Assembly (NCBI GenBank): GCA_043821645.1
Contig: JBDRCO010000037.1
Coordinates: 160,001-224,000 of the forward strand
Reading direction: 5' to 3'
DNA: 64,000 nucleotides
Origin: Pseudomonadota bacterium
GTDB taxonomy: Bacteria > Myxococcota > JACRCW01 > JAFGSX01
The notes under the pieces are model-generated. The model saw only the letters and a program-made list of their open reading frames with translations, did no database searches and was not told where the DNA came from. How positions within the stretch are numbered: the stretch's first letter is position 1; the number at the start of each line of letters is the position of its first letter. A program made the position numbers and the translations under genes. Below, one piece after another: positions 58,607 to 64,000 of the stretch.

Positions 58607-61600
58607 ATGGAAGAACAAATTCGCGAGCAACTGAAGATCTTGCAGGACCAGCCCGCCGACGCGGACGCCATGGCCTCGATTGAGGCCATGTACACGCAAC
58701 GCGGTGAGTGGGAGGCCCTGGCACGCCTGCTCGAGGACAACGCGCAGCGTTTGGGTGACAGCGAGCGCACGGTCGGTCTGCTGCTCAAGGCAGCGGACCT
58801 GTACCGCGACAAGCTCCAGCGTGTGGACAAGTCGGAGCGCGCTCTGCGCCGCGCCCTCGACGTGGTCCCCCGGCACCGCGGCGCCCTGGAACGCCTGCGG
58901 CAGCTGCTCGCAGACGCCGGGCGGCACGCCGACGTGGCGAGCATCATCGAGCGCCAGGTAGACGCGGCTCTCGACGACAAGGAGAAGGCACGCCACCTCA
59001 AGGAGCTGGGCAAGATCTACGACGAGAACCTGGATCTGCCAGAGCAAGCATTGCGCGCGTTGCAGGCAGCCTTCGAGGCGGATCGCACGGCCAAGAGTGC
59101 ACTCCTGCGTGGGGCCTCCATCTACCGTCGCCTGGGTCGACATGAGATGGCCAAGGGCCTTCTCGACCTGCTGCTCGAGGTGACCGAGGAAGAAAGCGAT
59201 GCCCAGATGCTGGCCGACCGCTATGCCGATGTGGCGGGCGAGCTGGAACACAGTCCCACACTCCACGATGTCGCGAGAGACGCGGTGACCCGAGCCCTGG
59301 CACTGGTGCCCGGTCACGCCCGAGCCACGGAGCTTGAGCAACACCTCGCGAGCTACGCAGAAAGCTGGCAGGACCAGGTGCGCACACTTCGCGCCCAGGC
59401 CATGGAGGCGCGCGACAAGAAGACGGCGGCCTCGCGCTACCTGGCGATCGCCGAGCACCACTGGGTCTATGGCAAGGACGCGAAAGCTGCCGAGGAGGCC
59501 CTGGAGAAGGGCTTCCTGCTGGTTCCGGGGCACTGGTCCTCGGTGCGCTTCCTGGAGCGGATGGGGCGCGAGGCCGGACATATCGAACGGGTTCTGGAAC
59601 GGCTGACACGGATGGCCTCGGAGGTCACAGACGTTCGCATCGCCGTGGACCTCTATCTGCTGGTGGCGGTGCTCGAGCAGGAGGCCGGTGGCAACGGTGA
59701 GCGTCTGGTGGACGTGTACGGCAAGGTGCTGAAGATCGATCCCGCGAATCGCAATGCCGCCGCGGCGCTGACGGACATTCATCTCAGTGCCGGGCAACAT
59801 GCTGAGGCTGCACAGGTCCAGGCGCACTACGCCGGCGAGGTCCGCGATCGCAGCGAACGACTGGCCGCGCACCTGCTGGCGGCGCGCCTGTTCGTGGGTG
59901 ACGCCGGTGACCCCGCCGAGGCAGTGCGGCACTTTGAAGCCGTGTGCGAGATCGACGCGGACCATGGCGAGGCGATCGCCGCTCTGGATGCACTATACCA
60001 GGGCGCGGGTCGTCACGCGGACCGGGCCAGGCTGCTGGAGCGGCGGGTCGAACTCGGTGGCGAGGCGGCAGCTCAAGCCGAGCTCCACGACGGCCTGGCC
60101 GCTCTGTACGCCGACCACCTCGATGATCCCCTGCTGTCATACCAGGCACTGCGCCGGGCCTACGCTCTGGACCCGCGGCAGGAGCGGGAGGATGCGCTGG
60201 AGCGGCTGGCAGACACCCTGGCGCGCCCCTCCGAGCTGGCCGAGACCTACCTGCAGGCCGCCGAGCGCCTGGACGATGCTGCTGCACGTCAACGACTGTG
60301 GCTGCGGGCAGCGGACCTGGCCCAGCGCGCGGGTGCGCCCAACGTCGCACGCGAGGCGCTGGGACGTGTCCTCAACGAGGACCCCAACAGCGATGCCGCG
60401 TTGAACGCGCTCGAGTCCCTGGTGGTCAAGGGCGAGGATGCCAGGGCGCTGGCGGAGGCCCTGGAGGCGCGGCTCGCGGTGGCCCGAGCGACCAAGGAGC
60501 GTCACACCTTGCTGCTGCGCCTGGCGCGGCTGTATGCCCAGGAACTCCGGGATGCAGCGCGTGCCATCGACCGCTACCGCGCCCTGCTCGATCTTGACCC
60601 AGCGGATGGTGAAGCGCTCGAGGCGCTGGATGGCCTGCTGAGGCGCGAGGAGCGCTGGCGCGAGCTGGCTGTCGTCGTCGAGAAGCGCATCGCCCTGTCC
60701 GATGAGCCCGCAGCCTCGGAACTCAGGCTGCGTCTCGCCAAGCTGCTGGAGGACCGTCTCAACAAACCCATCGACGCCCTGGAGCTATACGAGACCATGC
60801 ACAGCGCTGCCCCGGAGCGGCTCGATGTGGTGGCCGCGCTCGAGCGCCTGCTGCTGCGTGGCGTCGAGACGGTGCGCATTGCCGGTGTGCTGCAGCCGCA
60901 CTACGCCGCCGTCGGGGCGCACCGCCGCCATGTCGAGATGATCGAGATCCGGCGCCAGGCCACCGAGGACCCCGCACGTCGCGCCACGCTGGCACGCGAG
61001 GCTGGTCGCGTCCTCGAGGAGGAGCTGCGCAACCCACGGGAGGCTTTCACGGCGCTGTCCATGGCCCTGGTCGATCAGCCCGAAGATTCCGAGTTGCCCC
61101 GGGCGCTGGATCGCCTGGCGGAGTCTGCGGGCTGTCACGACGAGCTGGCCCGGGTCCTCGAGAAGGCTGCTGCGGCACTGCCCGAAAGTCCGGCCAAGGT
61201 CGCACTGGAGGCGCGCCGGGCAGACATCCTGGAGCAGCGACTCGGGAATGCCGATGCTGCCATCGAGGCGCATCGCAACCTGCTGCGCCAGAACCCCGGG
61301 AACCTGGGCTCGCTCGATGCTCTCATCGGTCTGCTCGAGGCCACGGGCCGCCACGAGGAACTGGTGGAATGGCTGGAGGTTCGGCGCGACTTCACGGATC
61401 TGGCCGAGCGAGCGGCACTCGATGAGCGCATCGGCCTGGTGCTGAGCGAACAACTGCAGCACACCGACGAGGCGATCCAGGCCTTCGAGCGGGCCCGCGA
61501 GGGCAAGGACGACAGGATTCGCGAGCGGGCCTTGTTGCAGCTGGACACGCTGTACCTCGCCCGGGGTGATGGCACCGCACTGCGAAGCGTGCTCGAGGAG

Positions 61601-64000
61601 CGAGCAGTGATCGCCGTGGGCACCGAGCGCAGCGAGCTGTTCGCGCGCATCGGCGAGCTTTGCCTCGACGCCCGCGATGCCTCGGCGGCCCTGCCTGCCC
61701 TCGCGGAGGCCCTGCGCGGGGACGGCCAGAATGCCCGCGCCATCGCTGCCCTGGCGCGGCTCTGCGACGATGACACGGCGGACCAGCCCCAGCGGGTCGA
61801 GGCAGCACGGATCCTGGAGCCCGTGCGACGTGACGAGGACAACGCCGCCGGCCTGGTGAAAGTGCTCTCGTTGCGAATGGCGGCCAGCACAGACACTGCA
61901 CAGCGACGAGCGCTGGTGGTGGAGCTGGCGACCCTGCTGACCGAGGACCTGGATCGCTCTGGTGAGGCCGTCGACCTCCTGCTGCAGCATGTGCAGGCCG
62001 ATCCGGAAGATACCGAGGGCCGCGGTCTGGCAGAGCGCCTGGCCCTGGCAAGCGGCGAGCACGAGCGCCTGTTCGCGACCCTGCACGAGATGGTGGTGGC
62101 TGGCGGTGCGCACGCCGAGCCCATGGCGCGGCGCCTGGTGGAGCTTGCGCGGGAGCGAGGCAATCCAGGTGTGGCCCGGGCGGCCCTCACCACCCTGCTC
62201 GAAGCCAACCCGGAGCATTCCTGGGCTCTATCCCAGTTGGTCGACCTGTCCCGGAGCGACGACAGCCCGGCCACCCTCGGGGAGGCTCTTCTGGCCCAGG
62301 CGCAGGTTCTGGAAACCAGCCGCGCCATCCCGGTGCTGCTCGAGGCAGCCGAGGCCTTCGTGCTCGCGCAGAACATCGAGCGAGCCGTCCTGGCGCTGCG
62401 CATGAGGATAGACCTGGGTGGCTTCGATCTGGCGGTGGCGGACCGCCTGGCTGCCATGCTCACTTCACTGGAGCGGCACGAAGAGGTGGCAGGGTTGTGG
62501 CACGACGCCAAGAGCCTGGCTGAGGCGTCCCTGTACCCCGAGATCTCGCTGCGCCTGGCCATGGCGCATCTGGGACCGCTCGAGAACCCGGAGGCAGCGG
62601 TCAAGCACTTTGGTGAATGCCTCGACGCGAACGTCGAAGGCGAAGCAGCGCGGCGCGCGGTCTCGATGCTCGACGCGCTGGCCCGGGGTGAGCACCAGGC
62701 TCGCCACGGTGCCCGCACTGTGCTCGCGGCGCATTTCAGGCACAGCAATCAGCCTCGACCCCTGATCGAGATGCTGGAACTCACGGCGGACGAGTGCACC
62801 CAGGCCGAGGAGCGCGCGGCGATGTTCGACGAGATCACGGCCCTGCGCGACGGGACCTTGCAGGAGGCCACCCTGGCCTTTGCCGCAGCGACCCGATCCT
62901 ACAGGGCGTCGCCCTCGGATCAGCGCTTGCTCCAGTTGCGTGATCTGGCGGCGCGTTCCGAGTCGGACGAGACCTACGTCGCGCTGCTGGAGGAGATCGC
63001 GGATGGCTGTGAGGCGGACGAGCGGAGCCGTGCCGCGGATCTGCTCAAGGAAGCCGCGCGCGCCAGTGGTGAGCAGCTGGGGGACCGCGCCTCCCGCGTT
63101 CGCCTGCTGCAGAAGGTGCTCGAGCTGGTACCTGGTGATGGTGAGGCCCTGGCCGCTCTGGAGAGCTCACACCGCGAGGCTGCCGAGACAGAACAGCTGG
63201 TGCAGGTATTGCTGCAGAAGGCCGAGGCCACCGAGGGCGAAGAGCGCTTCGACAGCCTGATCCAGGCTGCACGGCTCCAGGTCGAGGCCCCGGCCCAGCG
63301 GGACGAGGGCATCACCCTGCTGCGGCGCCTGGCCGAGGAGAATCCCCAGCGTGGGCCTGTGCTCGAGCTGCTCGAGACCGCGCTGTCGAGGCGCGGGGAT
63401 CGCCTGGCGGCGTCGCAGGTGCTGCGCCAGCGCATCGAGCTCGAGGAGGATGCCGGCCTGCGGGGCGCGATGCTGACCCGCCTGGGACGGATGTTGCTCG
63501 GCCTCGAACGCCACTCCGAGGCTCTCGAATCCCTGGCCGCCGCCGCTGCGGAAGCGGCGCGGGATCCCAGCCTGGCCGCTGCCATCGGCGAGCTGCTCGA
63601 GCACGCCAGGACCACCGGCACACCCTCACCGGTGGCCGTGGCAGAGCTGATGGAGACCGTGCTGCGGGCCATTGGTTCCACCGAGGATCTGCCGCCTGTC
63701 CTCGAAATCCGGCTGCAGGCTAGCAACGAACCTGCGCTGCGCCAGGAGCTTCTGCTCGAGATCGCACATATCCAGGAGACCATGCTGGGCCAGCCAGCCC
63801 TGGCCTTCATGACCGCATGCCGCGCGCTGCGCGAGGTGGCTGGAGATGTCTCAGCCCTGGAACGCGCGGACCGGCTCGCACGTCACAGCAACTGGGAAGA
63901 GGAACTCGTCGATGTCATCGAGGAGATCGTCGAGGACCTGGACGACGCTGCCGCATCAGCACAACTTCACGCTCGGGCCGCGGAGCTGTGCTCCGGGGAC
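58607..64000 (+). CDS. gltI: Giant cytoplasmic TPR protein, GltI (AgmK)-like; truncated by the window end
   Basis: Missing from the ORF track, consistent with no stop in the window. Begins MEEQIREQLKILQDQP, and spot checks (60002 GAGRHADRARLLERR; 63962 QLHARAAELCSGD) stay in frame, giving about 1798 codons of TPR-like repeats; follows gltH. Confidence 0.82.
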   Translation, partial: MEEQIREQLKILQDQPADADAMASIEAMYTQRGEWEALARLLEDNAQRLGDSERTVGLLLKAADLYRDKLQRVDKSERALRRALDVVPRHRGALERLRQLLADAGRHADVASIIERQVDAALDDKEKARHLKELGKIYDENLDLPEQALRALQAAFEADRTAKSALLRGASIYRRLGRHEMAKGLLDLLLEVTEEESDAQMLADRYADVAGELEHSPTLHDVARDAVTRALALVPGHARATELEQHLASYAESWQDQVRTLRAQAMEARDKKTAASRYLAIAEHHWVYGKDAKAAEEALEKGFLLVPGHWSSVRFLERMGREAGHIERVLERLTRMASEVTDVRIAVDLYLLVAVLEQEAGGNGERLVDVYGKVLKIDPANRNAAAALTDIHLSAGQHAEAAQVQAHYAGEVRDRSERLAAHLLAARLFVGDAGDPAEAVRHFEAVCEIDADHGEAIAALDALYQGAGRHADRARLLERRVELGGEAAAQAELHDGLAALYADHLDDPLLSYQALRRAYALDPRQEREDALERLADTLARPSELAETYLQAAERLDDAAARQRLWLRAADLAQRAGAPNVAREALGRVLNEDPNSDAALNALESLVVKGEDARALAEALEARLAVARATKERHTLLLRLARLYAQELRDAARAIDRYRALLDLDPADGEALEALDGLLRREERWRELAVVVEKRIALSDEPAASELRLRLAKLLEDRLNKPIDALELYETMHSAAPERLDVVAALERLLLRGVETVRIAGVLQPHYAAVGAHRRHVEMIEIRRQATEDPARRATLAREAGRVLEEELRNPREAFTALSMALVDQPEDSELPRALDRLAESAGCHDELARVLEKAAAALPESPAKVALEARRADILEQRLGNADAAIEAHRNLLRQNPGNLGSLDALIGLLEATGRHEELVEWLEVRRDFTDLAERAALDERIGLVLSEQLQHTDEAIQAFERAREGKDDRIRERALLQLDTLYLARGDGTALRSVLEERAVIAVGTERSELFARIGELCLDARDASAALPALAEALRGDGQNARAIAALARLCDDDTADQPQRVEAARILEPVRRDEDNAAGLVKVLSLRMAASTDTAQRRALVVELATLLTEDLDRSGEAVDLLLQHVQADPEDTEGRGLAERLALASGEHERLFATLHEMVVAGGAHAEPMARRLVELARERGNPGVARAALTTLLEANPEHSWALSQLVDLSRSDDSPATLGEALLAQAQVLETSRAIPVLLEAAEAFVLAQNIERAVLALRMRIDLGGFDLAVADRLAAMLTSLERHEEVAGLWHDAKSLAEASLYPEISLRLAMAHLGPLENPEAAVKHFGECLDANVEGEAARRAVSMLDALARGEHQARHGARTVLAAHFRHSNQPRPLIEMLELTADECTQAEERAAMFDEITALRDGTLQEATLAFAAATRSYRASPSDQRLLQLRDLAARSESDETYVALLEEIADGCEADERSRAADLLKEAARASGEQLGDRASRVRLLQKVLELVPGDGEALAALESSHREAAETEQLVQVLLQKAEATEGEERFDSLIQAARLQVEAPAQRDEGITLLRRLAEENPQRGPVLELLETALSRRGDRLAASQVLRQRIELEEDAGLRGAMLTRLGRMLLGLERHSEALESLAAAAAEAARDPSLAAAIGELLEHARTTGTPSPVAVAELMETVLRAIGSTEDLPPVLEIRLQASNEPALRQELLLEIAHIQETMLGQPALAFMTACRALREVAGDVSALERADRLARHSNWEEELVDVIEEIVEDLDDAAASAQLHARAAELCSGD

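Overview
GC-rich chromosomal window from a Myxococcota-like deltaproteobacterium, inferred from mglBA, the Agl/Glt genes and a long S41 protease. Most of it is two paralogous Agl-Glt-type envelope machineries. Cluster 1 (15.4-28.8 kb) runs mglB-mglA, an exported protein, a frameshifted GltC-like TPR gene, GltD/E/F-like genes, its own TolQ-TolR-TolR motor and a GltG-like TonB-C protein. Cluster 2 (46.4 kb to the window end) has cglC/gltK divergent from one GltA/B-type barrel, then gltC-D-E-F-G-H and a giant GltI-like TPR ORF that runs off the end. Between them lie a coiled-coil/cNMP pair, a large FG-GAP plus 12-repeat surface protein, a coupled carbamoyltransferase and RaSEA-like radical SAM pair, yajC-secD-secF, and DUF192, membrane, VWA and GNAT genes. 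The left end holds pepA, a Zn-PLC-like gene, the S41 protease, thpR, ybaB, recR, glpD, two exported proteins and PFOR (nifJ). I recognised no rRNA, tRNA, CRISPR array or transposase. All assignments come from motif recognition, without database searches.
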